A stretch of DNA of 63,964 nucleotides, counting the filler, from an uncultured bacterium (GTDB lineage: Bacteria > DAOPZR01), in assembly GCA_964637655.1 (NCBI GenBank). It is 6 parts of 6 records of this genome, joined end to end, with 100 filler letters (N's around TTAATTAATTAA, not from the genome) between each part and the next. Parts side by side here need not be neighbours in the genome. Positions count along the whole stretch, not along the records: positions 22,780 to 34,050 come from CAZWUZ010000115.1; 5 more parts are not named here. One strand, 5' to 3'. Below are positions 23,553 through 32,871 of the stretch, piece by piece. Numbering within the stretch: the first letter of the stretch is position 1; each line of letters begins with the position of its first letter. The position numbers and the translations under genes are program-made. The notes beneath the pieces were generated by a model that saw only the letters and a program-made list of their open reading frames with translations, did not search any database and had not been told where the DNA came from.

Positions 23553-25820
23553 ATGCGGCAACTGGTCGAACTGACGAAGCAGCAGCAGGAGCGCAACACG
23601 CAGGTGGTGAAACAGAGCCGCTACATGCGCGACAAGGTGACGTCGAAGGCCATTCCCTTCACGCTTGACCCGCGCAAGGAAAAGCAACTCAGCGCGGCAC
23701 AACTGGCGACGATCGAGACGCTGGAAGTGCAGGCGGCACGCACCGCGATCAAATCGCTTGCCTCGCTGGCAAAGATCAACGAACTCGACCATCTGGGCGG
23801 GGCGCTCGACCTGACTCCGGCGCTGGTGCAGACCTTCGCCTGCTGCAACGAGCGCGAAGTGAGTTTTACCATCGAGAACGCGCATACCAGCATCGGCTAC
23901 TACGCCGTGCTGGCGGCGTTCGGCTTCCTCGACGAACAGACCGTCATCGACGGGTTCCGCCGCGGGCTGGACATTGCCGGGCATGTCAGCTGGGTGCCGG
24001 GCGGCACGCAGCTCAACGGCGGGCGGCTCGGCATCATGGTTCCCGTGGCCGTCGGGCACGCGCTGGCGAAAAAGGCACGCTATGGCGACGCGGCGTGGAT
24101 GATCACGCATTGCGGCGACGCGGCGTGGGTGGCCGGGCAGTCGCTCAACGGCTTCCTCATCGCCTCGCTGCACAAGGCGCCGATGACCTTCATCATGCAT
24201 CGCAACGGCATCCAGCTGTCGAACGCCACGCACAAGGTGCTCGACCGCGACCCGCGCCCGGTCATCGCTTCGCTCGGCATCGAAATCATCGAGATACCGT
24301 CGCTGCACGACCGCAAGGCGCTGTACGCGGCGCTGGTCAGGGGGCGCGCGCTGGCGGCGAAGGGCAAGCCGAACCTGATCTACCCGACGGGCTACCGCAG
24401 CAGCGGAAAGCAGAAGGTGACAGTGGAGACGCTGGGGAAGAAGTACGGCATCAGCGCGGAAGTGAAGGCGTTCGCGGCGAAGCACAAGGTGAAACTGAGC
24501 ACGCCGATCTGGATCCCGGGCGCGCTGATGAGCTACCGCGATGTCGAGTGCATGCTGGAGAATGTCTTTTTGGCCAACGACCTGCCCGGCGGCAAGGGGC
24601 ATCATGACGGGCATATGAAGGGGCGCGATGTCGCGCAGGTGCTCAATAACCCGATGCTGTGCTGGAAACCGGAATACGAGAAGACGCTGGCGGCGTTGAA
24701 AAAAAAGAAACCGCGCGTGGTCGTCACCCAGGCGCGCCCGGCGGTGGGGAGCGACAACCTGATCGTCCCGGCGAAAACGCTGGCGACCGTCCCGGCGTTC
24801 CCTGCGGGGAAAAAACCGTCGCCGCGCGCGGGTTCGGAACTCGGCTACGCGCTGGTGGCGCAGGCGCACCCGGACAAGGTGTTCGTGGTGAGTTGCGACC
24901 TCAATCCGTCGACCAAACTGGCGAAGGCCTGCTCGTACCTGAAGCCGAGCCACCAGTTCGAGGTGAGCATCCAGGAACAGGCGGCGCTGCTGATGACCGA
25001 CGGTCTCGCCACCGCGCTGCCCGGACCACAACTCAACGTGGTGTCGACCTTCGCCGCCTTCTTCGAGGGGATCGCCCGCGAGGGATGCGAACTGTGGCGC
25101 TACCAGCGCAACCTGAACGGGGCCAACGAGGGGCTCAATGTCGCCTTCCACCTGTCGCATGTCGGCGCCTGCACGGGGCGCGACCATTTCTCCGGCTGGT
25201 CGCTCGACTGGGTCAACCTCGCCATCGGCTACCTGCCGTACCTGCAGTGGTTCTATGCCCCTGCCGATGCCAACAGCGCGCTTATCGCGGTGCTCGACAT
25301 GGCGAAACACTACGGGGCGGGGATCATCGGCATCCCGCGCGATGAGGTCCCGGTGCTGACGAAACAGGGGACCGACCAGCCGCTCTGGCTGCCGACCGAC
25401 GAGTGGAAGCCGGCGACGCAGCTGCGCGAATACCCCGACGCGGAACGCGTCATTCTCGCGCTCGGCTGCCCCGCGTTTCTCGCGGCGCAGGCGGCGGACG
25501 AGCTGACCATGCAGCACGGGAAGGCGACCGATGTCTACGTCATCAACGGCCTGCCGCTGGGCGCGGGCTGGCTCGACGGCATCCTCGCAAAGTACCGCAA
25601 GGGCGTGGTGACCATCGAGGACGGGCTCATCGGCACGCCCGCCTCGGGGTGGCGCGGCTTTGCCGGGCTGATCGCCGCGGACGCGGCGGCAGTGCGCGTG
25701 CCGTTCAGCGCGGTCGGTATCACCGACCCGACCATCGCCCCGTCCGAGGGATTCGCGGAAGTGTGGGAACATTTCGGTATCACGCAGGACGCGCTGGTGC
25801 GGGCGGTGAAGGGGCTGTAA
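23553..25820 (+). CDS. Divergent transketolase-like TPP enzyme
   Basis: DHLGGALD, IAGHV, HCGDAAW...HRNGIQ (TPP motif variant), SCDLNPSTK, FEVSIQEQ, STFAAFF, VVTIEDG, HFGITQDAL. Confidence 0.8.
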   Translation: MRQLVELTKQQQERNTQVVKQSRYMRDKVTSKAIPFTLDPRKEKQLSAAQLATIETLEVQAARTAIKSLASLAKINELDHLGGALDLTPALVQTFACCNEREVSFTIENAHTSIGYYAVLAAFGFLDEQTVIDGFRRGLDIAGHVSWVPGGTQLNGGRLGIMVPVAVGHALAKKARYGDAAWMITHCGDAAWVAGQSLNGFLIASLHKAPMTFIMHRNGIQLSNATHKVLDRDPRPVIASLGIEIIEIPSLHDRKALYAALVRGRALAAKGKPNLIYPTGYRSSGKQKVTVETLGKKYGISAEVKAFAAKHKVKLSTPIWIPGALMSYRDVECMLENVFLANDLPGGKGHHDGHMKGRDVAQVLNNPMLCWKPEYEKTLAALKKKKPRVVVTQARPAVGSDNLIVPAKTLATVPAFPAGKKPSPRAGSELGYALVAQAHPDKVFVVSCDLNPSTKLAKACSYLKPSHQFEVSIQEQAALLMTDGLATALPGPQLNVVSTFAAFFEGIAREGCELWRYQRNLNGANEGLNVAFHLSHVGACTGRDHFSGWSLDWVNLAIGYLPYLQWFYAPADANSALIAVLDMAKHYGAGIIGIPRDEVPVLTKQGTDQPLWLPTDEWKPATQLREYPDAERVILALGCPAFLAAQAADELTMQHGKATDVYVINGLPLGAGWLDGILAKYRKGVVTIEDGLIGTPASGWRGFAGLIAADAAAVRVPFSAVGITDPTIAPSEGFAEVWEHFGITQDALVRAVKGL

Positions 25821-25841
25821 GCAGGTTCATGCGGGTGTACC

Positions 25842-25881
25842 GCGGCGCTGACGGTTCTGCCGTCAGCGCCGCTTTTCTTTT
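25842..25881 (+). terminator. Intrinsic terminator
   Basis: 13-bp stem GCGGCGCTGACGG/CCGTCAGCGCCGC followed by TTTTCTTT. Confidence 0.8.
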
Positions 25882-25893
25882 GCGGGACGCACC

Positions 25894-26763
25894 ATGACGG
25901 AAACCGGAAAACGGCGACGACGCTACCGCGGCTCGCATCCCCGGCATTTTGCGGAAAAATACAAAGAACTGCAGGGTGATCCCGGTGCGGTAGCGCACGC
26001 GGTGGCGAAAGGACGCACCCCGGCGGGGCAGCATCGCCCGGTGATGGCGGACGAAGTTTTGCAGGCACTGGCACCGCGCCCGGGGGAAACCTTCCTCGAT
26101 GCGACGCTCGGCTACGGTGGCCACGCGTCCCTGCTGCTGCCGTACCTGCTGCCGGGCGGGAAACTTTTCGCGCTCGATGTTGACAGCCGGGAGCGGCCGC
26201 GCACGGAGGCGCGCCTGCGCGCGCAGGGCTTCGGACCTGACGTGCTTGACGTGCGGGCACTGAACTTCGCACAACTCGAACACCTGCTTCCTGACGTCGG
26301 CGGCGGCTTTGCCGGCATCCTCGCGGACCTCGGGGTTTCGTCGATGCAGCTCGACGACCCGGACCGCGGCTTTTCCTACAAGGCGCAGGGGGCGCTCGAC
26401 CTGCGGCTGGACCCGTCACGCGGGATGACCGCAGCCGATTTCCTGCCGGAGCATCTTCCCGAACGCGTGATGCGCGCCACGCTGCAACGGGTGTTCATGG
26501 CGCTGCGCCTTGCGGTCAACGAAGAGCTGACGGCACTTGCCACCCTGCTCGCCGCGCTCCCGCGCTGCCTCAGGGCGGGGGGGCGGGTCGCCATCCTCAC
26601 CTTCCATCCCGGCGACGCCCAGCGCGTGGCGGCGGCGCTGGCTGCCGGCGCGCGGGCCGGCGTCTACGCGCGGGTCGACCCGGTCATGCGCCCGTCAGCG
26701 ACGGAACAGCGCGAAAACCCGCGCTCCGCCTGTGCCCGTCTGCACTGCGCGGTGCGCAATTAG
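25894..26763 (+). CDS. RsmH (MraW)-like methyltransferase paralog
   Basis: HRPVMADEVL, DATLGYGGH, DLGVSSMQLD, ALRLAVNEEL, ILTFH, ENPRS. Confidence 0.82.
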   Translation: MTETGKRRRRYRGSHPRHFAEKYKELQGDPGAVAHAVAKGRTPAGQHRPVMADEVLQALAPRPGETFLDATLGYGGHASLLLPYLLPGGKLFALDVDSRERPRTEARLRAQGFGPDVLDVRALNFAQLEHLLPDVGGGFAGILADLGVSSMQLDDPDRGFSYKAQGALDLRLDPSRGMTAADFLPEHLPERVMRATLQRVFMALRLAVNEELTALATLLAALPRCLRAGGRVAILTFHPGDAQRVAAALAAGARAGVYARVDPVMRPSATEQRENPRSACARLHCAVRN

Positions 26764-26795
26764 TATTGTGTCCCCTTTTTTGGTAGAGTGAGAGC

Positions 26796-27860
26796 ATGCG
26801 TATCGGCTTTTTTATTCCGGCCTTTCCCAAACTGTCGGAGACCTTCATCCTGCGCGAGTACCGGGAACTGCAGCGGCAGGGGATGGCGCTCGTCCCGGCG
26901 GCATACCAGCCCGCCATCGAAGACGCGGTGCAGCCTGAAGCGGCGGCGGCAGCGGGCGACTTCTTCTACCTGCGGCAGCAGCGCGGCGATGAAGTGCTGC
27001 TGCTGGCGGAGCACTGGCGGGCGCGCGGCGTGACGCACGCGCATATCCATTTCGGCAATGCCGGGGCGGATGTGCCGCTGGCGGCGGCGGCGGCGCTCGG
27101 CATCAGCGTCTCGCTGTCGCTGCATGCGCAGGATATCTACCTGTCGCCTGATGACGACCTGCGGCGACGCTTGCAGCAGTGCGCGTTTTCTGTCACCTGC
27201 ACCGCGTTCAACCGCTATGAATTGCTGCGGCGCACGGGGGTAGCGGAGGAGAAGGTGCGGCTGCTCTACCATGGTGTGGAGGAGCCGGAAGGATGCACGC
27301 GCACGCCGGGAGATACCGTTGTGGCGGTCGGGCGGCTGGTGGCGAGCAAGGGGTTCGACCTGCTCGTGCGCGCGCTGGCGGAACTGCCCGAGCTGCGCGG
27401 GGTGATTATCGGCGACGGGCCGGAGGGCGCGGCCTTGCGGCAGTTGGCCGTGAAGTGCGGTGTTGCCGGTCGCGTGACCTTTGCCGGGGCGCAACCCTTC
27501 GCGCGCGTGCGCGAAGAGTTCACCCGCGCGTGTGCGGCGGTGGTGCCGTCGCGCGTGCTCGCGGACGGCGACAGCGACGGCATCCCCAACGTGTTGCTGG
27601 AAGCGATGGCGCACGGGGTGCCCGTGGTGGCGAGCGGTATCCGCAGCATCCGCGAGGCGGTGGGCGACGGGGAAAACGGCCTGCTGGTGCCCGAAAACGC
27701 CGCGCCCGCGCTGGCGACGGCGCTGCGCCGCCTGGCGGAGGAAGACGGGCTGGCGGCGCGGCTGGCTGACGGCGGCCGGACAACCGTGCGGCGGCAGTTT
27801 TCGCTGAGTGGCAACGTGGCACACCTGCGCGCCCTGCTGGCAGCGTCAAAACCTGTATAA
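26796..27860 (+). CDS. GT4 glycosyltransferase (WcaL-like)
   Basis: FPKLSETFI, VGRLVASKG, DGIPNVLLEAMAHG. Confidence 0.88.
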   Translation: MRIGFFIPAFPKLSETFILREYRELQRQGMALVPAAYQPAIEDAVQPEAAAAAGDFFYLRQQRGDEVLLLAEHWRARGVTHAHIHFGNAGADVPLAAAAALGISVSLSLHAQDIYLSPDDDLRRRLQQCAFSVTCTAFNRYELLRRTGVAEEKVRLLYHGVEEPEGCTRTPGDTVVAVGRLVASKGFDLLVRALAELPELRGVIIGDGPEGAALRQLAVKCGVAGRVTFAGAQPFARVREEFTRACAAVVPSRVLADGDSDGIPNVLLEAMAHGVPVVASGIRSIREAVGDGENGLLVPENAAPALATALRRLAEEDGLAARLADGGRTTVRRQFSLSGNVAHLRALLAASKPV

Positions 27861-27932
27861 AAACGTACGCTGATGACCGGCACGCGGTGTGGTATGCTGT
27901 CAGTACGCAGGCCGCCCGGGGGGCGCAATCGC

Positions 27933-28442
27933 ATGACACGCGGACAGGGCATGGTCGAGTATGGTCTGATCATCGGGCTGGTTGCCCTGGTGGTGGTTGC
28001 CGTGTTCCTGCTGCTCGGGGACAGCCTGCGCGACATGTTCGCGAATGCCGGCGGCGGACAGGACGCCGATGACGGGCGCGCCGCGCTGAGCGCGCTGCTC
28101 TACGGGGCACCGGGCGGCGGCGCGGTCACCCTCTCCTGCAACAGCGCCTGGACGATGATGCACAACTACACCATCAGCGCCACGGTGACGGGGGCTGACG
28201 GCGCGCCCGCGGCGGGGGTGCCGGTGACGCTGCAACTGTCGCTCGTGGGGCACTGCTACCTCGGTGGCGAGTCACAGGGCGGCCCGTCGGGCAGCGCTAC
28301 CGCTGCGACGGGGGCGGACGGCACGGTGTCGTGGGGCGGCTGCCAGGAGCGCGGGGCGACCGGCAGCGGCACGGCGACGGTGACGGCGACTGTCGACGGT
28401 GTTCCGGTAAGCGCCAGCCAGGCGATTACCGTTTCCTGGTAG
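27933..28442 (+). CDS. Flp/Tad-type pilin fused to an Ig-like beta domain
   Basis: RG|QGMVEYGLIIGLVALVVVAV Flp motif; C-terminal TISATVTGADG.P.AGVPVT...ATGADG...ATVTATVDG resembles Big-1. Confidence 0.75.
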   Translation: MTRGQGMVEYGLIIGLVALVVVAVFLLLGDSLRDMFANAGGGQDADDGRAALSALLYGAPGGGAVTLSCNSAWTMMHNYTISATVTGADGAPAAGVPVTLQLSLVGHCYLGGESQGGPSGSATAATGADGTVSWGGCQERGATGSGTATVTATVDGVPVSASQAITVSW

Positions 28443-28445
28443 CGG

Positions 28446-29198
28446 TCAGTGCGCGGCGGGAGCGGGCGCAGGCGTCGCGGCGTCGGGCGAGTGCTCTTTT
28501 TCGGGGATGAGACCGGCCGCGAGACGGTGTGCCGCGACCGGATCGACCACTACCTCGACTTCGCCTGAAGCCAGCGAATAGTAGCCGCCGACGAACGCGA
28601 TGTGCGCCTGCTGCACGGCGTCGCGCAGCACGCTGCTGCGCGTGAGCAGGTCGCGCATCGAGAAGACCAGATTGGTGACAATGCAGCGGTCGACGAAGGT
28701 GCGGTCGCCGGCGGGACCGTGCGCCGTTGCCTGCACGGCGGGCATGATCTTTGCCACGATGGCGCCGATGTGGCTGCCGGGGTGCGCGGGTGCCGGCGGC
28801 GCCGCGGCCGCCTCCACCGTCGCCTTGACCGCCCCGCACGACTGATGCGCCAGCACGAGCAGCACCTTTGCGTGCAGGTGCTCGATGCCGTACTCGAGCG
28901 AACCAAGCGCGATGTCGTCGACGACGTTGCCTGCGGTGCGCACGACGAACAGTTCCCCCAGCGTGCGGTCGAACAGCAGCTCGGGGGGGACGCGCGAATC
29001 GGCACAGCCGAGCACAACCGCCGGCGGATGCTGGCCCGCGACGAGATGTTCGCGCAACGTGGAGAACCGCCTGCGCGTGGTCTGGTCGGCGACAAAGCGG
29101 CGGTTGCCCGCCAGCAGTTCCTCAAACGGATGCAGGTCGGCCGCCACGACCGGCACGGCGACAGTGATGAGCAGCAGGATTACGAGCAGCAGGCGCAT
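28446..29198 (-). CDS. Beta-class carbonic anhydrase with signal peptide
   Basis: LLAGNRRF, GQHP, GCADSRVPPE, RTAGN, GSLEYG, HQSCGAV; N-terminal MRLLLVILLLITVAVPVVAA. Confidence 0.92.
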   Translation of the reverse strand: MRLLLVILLLITVAVPVVAADLHPFEELLAGNRRFVADQTTRRRFSTLREHLVAGQHPPAVVLGCADSRVPPELLFDRTLGELFVVRTAGNVVDDIALGSLEYGIEHLHAKVLLVLAHQSCGAVKATVEAAAAPPAPAHPGSHIGAIVAKIMPAVQATAHGPAGDRTFVDRCIVTNLVFSMRDLLTRSSVLRDAVQQAHIAFVGGYYSLASGEVEVVVDPVAAHRLAAGLIPEKEHSPDAATPAPAPAAH

Positions 29199-29270
29199 GC
29201 GTTTCCTCCGCCGCGAGTTTTGCCGGATGGTAGCATACCAGCGCGCTCCTGACAAAACCGTGCCTGGCGA

Positions 29271-29299
29271 TTGACGCTTGCCGCTGCCGGTGTTATGCT
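29271..29299 (+). promoter_or_regulatory. Sigma-70-type promoter of the oxidoreductase operon
   Basis: TTGACG-N17-TATGCT with an extended -10 TG. Confidence 0.6.
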
Positions 29300-29344
29300 G
29301 CTGTTGGAGGCACATGCCGTGACTGACAGGAGGCGCTACCGGCG

Positions 29345-30397
29345 ATGATTCTGCTGCAGGGTAATACCGCACTGGCGGAAGCGGCCGTCCGCGCCGGCTG
29401 CCGTCACTATTTCGGCTATCCGATCACCCCGCAGAACGAGATCCCCGCCTATCTGGCGCGACGCCTGCCGGAAGCCGGCGGCACGTTCGTGCAGGCGGAA
29501 AGCGAGATTGCGGCCATCTGCATGGCGTTCGGGGCAGCGGCGACCGGCGCGCGCGTGCTCACCACGACGTCGAGCCCGGGGTTCAGTCTGAAACAGGAAG
29601 GCATATCCTACCTGGCCGGTGCACACCTTCCCTGCGTTATCGCCAACATCCAGCGGGCCGGTCCGGGCCTGGGCGGCATCGGTCCGGCGCAGGGCGACTA
29701 CTGGCAGTCGGTGAAGGGGGGCGGGCACGGTGATTACCGGCTCGTCGTGCTGGCTCCCGCATCGGTGCAGGAGATGGCGGATTTCACCGTCGAGGCGTTC
29801 GCGCTTGCTGATGCCTACCGCGCGCCGGTGCTGCTGCTCGCGGACGGCGCGGTCGGGCAGATGATGGAGGCGGTGACCCTGCCGGAACCGCTCGCTGCGC
29901 TGCCGGCAAAGCCGTGGGCGGTGAGCGGTGCGCGCGGGCGGGAGCCGAACATCATCCGCTCTTTTTTCACCACCCCCGAGGAAGTCCTGGCCAACAATGA
30001 GCGGCTGCAAGCGACGTACCGGCGCATCCGGCAGGAAGTGCCGGCCAGGTGCGAGGAATACCTCGCGACCGATGCGGAAGTGCTGTTCGTTGCGTACGGC
30101 ATCGCCGCACGGGTTGCCCGGGCCGCGGTGCAGCTGCTGCGCGAACGCGGGCGGCGCGCGGGCCTGCTGCGCCCGCAGACGCTGTGGCCGTTTCCGGAGG
30201 AGGCCATCGCGCGTCGTGCAGCGCGGGGGACGCGCCTGCTCACGGTCGAACTCAACTACGGGCAGATGGTCGAGGACGTGCGCCTGGCGGCGGGCGGCCG
30301 GGCGCCGGTCGGTTTCTGCGGCTGCGCCGGCGGGATGCTGCCCGACGAAGACCTGCTGGTGCAGCACGCGCTGGCAGCGGCGGAGGCGCAGGGATGA
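29345..30397 (+). CDS. 2-oxoacid:ferredoxin oxidoreductase alpha subunit (VorB-like)
   Basis: YFGYPITPQ, QAESEIAA, TSSPGFSLKQEG, RAGPGLG, KGGGHGDY. Confidence 0.9.
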   Translation: MILLQGNTALAEAAVRAGCRHYFGYPITPQNEIPAYLARRLPEAGGTFVQAESEIAAICMAFGAAATGARVLTTTSSPGFSLKQEGISYLAGAHLPCVIANIQRAGPGLGGIGPAQGDYWQSVKGGGHGDYRLVVLAPASVQEMADFTVEAFALADAYRAPVLLLADGAVGQMMEAVTLPEPLAALPAKPWAVSGARGREPNIIRSFFTTPEEVLANNERLQATYRRIRQEVPARCEEYLATDAEVLFVAYGIAARVARAAVQLLRERGRRAGLLRPQTLWPFPEEAIARRAARGTRLLTVELNYGQMVEDVRLAAGGRAPVGFCGCAGGMLPDEDLLVQHALAAAEAQG

Positions 30398-31146
30398 ACG
30401 GGCGGCCTGCCTGCCTCTCGGAGCGGGCGTTCACCTACTGTCCCGGCTGCGGGCATACCATCGTCCTGCGGCTGCTGGCGGAAGTCATCGATGAACTCGG
30501 CCTGGCGGAACGCACGGTCGGGGTTGCCTCGGTCGGCTGCACCGTGACCGCCTATGAGCACTTTCGCCTCGATTTTACCGAGGCGCCGCACGGCCGCGCG
30601 GCGGCAGTGGCGACGGGAGTGCGGCGCGCGCTCCCCGACGACCGCGTGGTGTTTACCTGCCAGGGTGACGGCGATCTCGCGGCGATCGGGCTGGCGGAGA
30701 CGCTGCATGCGGCGAACCGCGGCGAGCGCATCGCGGTGCTCTTCCTCAACAACACGGTGTACGGCATGACGGGCGGCCAGCTGGCGCCGACGACACTGCC
30801 CGGGCAGTGCACGGTAACCTGTCCGGCAGGACGTGACGCGGCGCGCTACGAAGGAGCACCGCTGCGCCTGGCGGAAATGATCGCCCGGCTCGACGCGCCG
30901 GTGTACGTCGTGCGCACCGCGGTGCATGACGCGGACGGGGTCGCGGCGACGCGGGCGGCGCTGCGGCACGCGTTTACGCTGCAGCGCGACGGGCGCGGCT
31001 ATGTGTTTGTCGAGGTGCTGACCCAGTGCCCGGTCAACCTCGGGCTTACCCCGGCGGCGGCCAGCCGCTGGCTGCGTGAAACCGCGACGCGGTATTTTCC
31101 CGTCGGGGTGCTGTGCGACCGCAGTGCGGGTGACGGCCATGCGTGA
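30394..31146 (+). CDS. 2-oxoacid:ferredoxin oxidoreductase beta (TPP) subunit
   Basis: YCPGCGH, VGC, HGRA, QGDGDLAAIG, NNTVYGMTGGQ, EVLTQCP. Confidence 0.9.
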   Translation: MNGRPACLSERAFTYCPGCGHTIVLRLLAEVIDELGLAERTVGVASVGCTVTAYEHFRLDFTEAPHGRAAAVATGVRRALPDDRVVFTCQGDGDLAAIGLAETLHAANRGERIAVLFLNNTVYGMTGGQLAPTTLPGQCTVTCPAGRDAARYEGAPLRLAEMIARLDAPVYVVRTAVHDADGVAATRAALRHAFTLQRDGRGYVFVEVLTQCPVNLGLTPAAASRWLRETATRYFPVGVLCDRSAGDGHA

Positions 31147-31678
31147 GCGGCTTGCCATCGCCGGCAGCGGCGGGCAGGGGATCATCACGCTGGGAGAACT
31201 GCTCTGCCGCACCGGCGCGCGCGCCGGCCTGCAGGTGGCGGGATTTCCGACGTACGGGGCGGAAAAGCGCGGCGGGCGAGCCGGGGTGCTGATCACCATT
31301 GCCGATGAGGAAATCGCCGCGCCGGTGTTCGTGCGGGCGTCGGCGGCGATCGCGCTGGACAGCCAGGGACTGCAGCGGCTGCTGCCGATGCTGCTGCCGG
31401 GCGGCCGGCTGCTGGCGGAGAAGACGGCGGGCGACTGCCCGCGGACGGATATCGCATGCACGCGGCTGCCCGCGGCGGAACTCGGCGCGCGCTGCGGCGG
31501 GCGGCAGCTGGCCAATGTCGTCATGTTCGGGGCCTGGCTGCGCCGCGCGGAGATTGTGCCGCGCGCGACGGCGGAAGGCGTGCTCACTGGGTATTTTGCC
31601 GGGCGCGGCACGACCGTGCAGGAACAGAATCTCGCCGCGTTTGCCGCAGGCTGGGACGCGAACGTTTCTGCTGTCTGA
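31139..31678 (+). CDS. 2-oxoacid:ferredoxin oxidoreductase gamma subunit
   Basis: AGSGGQG, YGAEKRGG, ANVVMFGA, NLAAFAAG. Confidence 0.88.
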   Translation: MRERLAIAGSGGQGIITLGELLCRTGARAGLQVAGFPTYGAEKRGGRAGVLITIADEEIAAPVFVRASAAIALDSQGLQRLLPMLLPGGRLLAEKTAGDCPRTDIACTRLPAAELGARCGGRQLANVVMFGAWLRRAEIVPRATAEGVLTGYFAGRGTTVQEQNLAAFAAGWDANVSAV

Positions 31679-31685
31679 AGCACCC

Positions 31686-32684
31686 CTACCAGAAAAAGTA
31701 GTGGCTGTTCTCGATGTCACCGAAGGCCAGCGGCCAGTCGCGCCGGTCAGCGAGAAACTGCCGCAACCCGTCGTCGCTGCAGCGGAACTGGAAGACCGGA
31801 GCCGGATGTGACGCCGGATGGCGCGGCAGGGTGTCACCGGTGACCGCACGATAATCGCGCAGCCAGCAGATCCCGTGCTCGAGACACCAGTTGTACGCCG
31901 CCGCGGTCAGCGCCTGTGTGACAGGCGCCGCGGAGGCGTGACAGGCGAAGAGGACGGCGGTAGCCTGCGCGCGGTAGCGCCCGAGTGCCAGCCAGCCGAA
32001 ACCGTCATCGGCATCATACACGAACAGCGTGTGGCAGGGCTCGGGAAAATCGGCGTACCGCCAGTTGACCAGCGCGCAGTCGTGCTCGACACACAGCTCC
32101 TGCTCCGCCTGCAGGCCGCGCACCGCCGCATCGAGCGAATCGGGCAGGCGCGGGAGCAGCCGCACCGCCGGCGGGACCGGCCGGCGGCGCAGGCGCCGCC
32201 CGAGGCGCAGCAGCGGGCGGTCGGCCCACGGCGGGAAGACATCAACGGTGGTGGCGGTGACGAGGGGGACCGGTGTCAGCTCCCGGTCAAAGATTTCCTG
32301 CACGCGCGCATGCCCGGATCCGACGGTGCAGAGCGCATCGCTCTGCCGGATGGTCTCCTGCAGCAGGCGCAGAGCACCGTGCCCGTAACCGCGCCGGCCG
32401 GCCAGGTGCATGGGAAAGATGAACCGCACGCGTTCCCTGCGCCAGAGCAGCGGCAGCGGCATGGTCGACAGACAACCGACGACGGCGCCGGTGTCATCGA
32501 TCACCACGCGGCGATAACTGTCGGCATTTGCCACATGCGGGTGACGTTCAAGCTGCCATTCCCAGTAGAGGTCGAGACGCGCAGCATCGGGGAAGAGGCG
32601 TTCGCAGAGCACGGCATAGACCTGCGCGCGGTCGGCGGGTGTGTACGGTCGAATGCGGCATCCGGAAATCTCGTGTACTGACAT
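31686..32684 (-). CDS. GNAT-like acetyltransferase-fold protein
   Basis: IRPYTPAD, YWEWQ, RRGYG, NWRY; long ORF with genome-like codon use. Confidence 0.55.
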   Translation of the reverse strand: MSVHEISGCRIRPYTPADRAQVYAVLCERLFPDAARLDLYWEWQLERHPHVANADSYRRVVIDDTGAVVGCLSTMPLPLLWRRERVRFIFPMHLAGRRGYGHGALRLLQETIRQSDALCTVGSGHARVQEIFDRELTPVPLVTATTVDVFPPWADRPLLRLGRRLRRRPVPPAVRLLPRLPDSLDAAVRGLQAEQELCVEHDCALVNWRYADFPEPCHTLFVYDADDGFGWLALGRYRAQATAVLFACHASAAPVTQALTAAAYNWCLEHGICWLRDYRAVTGDTLPRHPASHPAPVFQFRCSDDGLRQFLADRRDWPLAFGDIENSHYFFW

Positions 32685-32754
32685 GCAGCACAGTATACTA
32701 TGCGCCGCCCGGCGCAGCAAGGAAGGCAGCAGCTGCTGCGCACCACCACCGTGT

Positions 32755-32843
32755 GTTCAAAATTGAACGAACGCATAACTCATTGTTATGACTCATTAAC
32801 ATTGACTAATTGCGTCGGCTGTGATATAAGTTCAATAATGAAC
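32755..32843 (+). promoter_or_regulatory. Sigma-70 promoter flanked by two GTTCA-N4-TGAAC palindromic operators
   Basis: TTGACT(32802)-N17-TATAAG(32825); palindromes at 32755-32768 and 32830-32843. Confidence 0.72.
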
Positions 32844-32871
32844 GGTCGCATATAAATGGAAGAAGGATGAA

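Noticed and set aside
32755-32843. LexA/SOS (Cheo) box
   Set aside because: The Gram-positive box is GAAC-N4-GTTC; these sites have the opposite half-site order and different spacing
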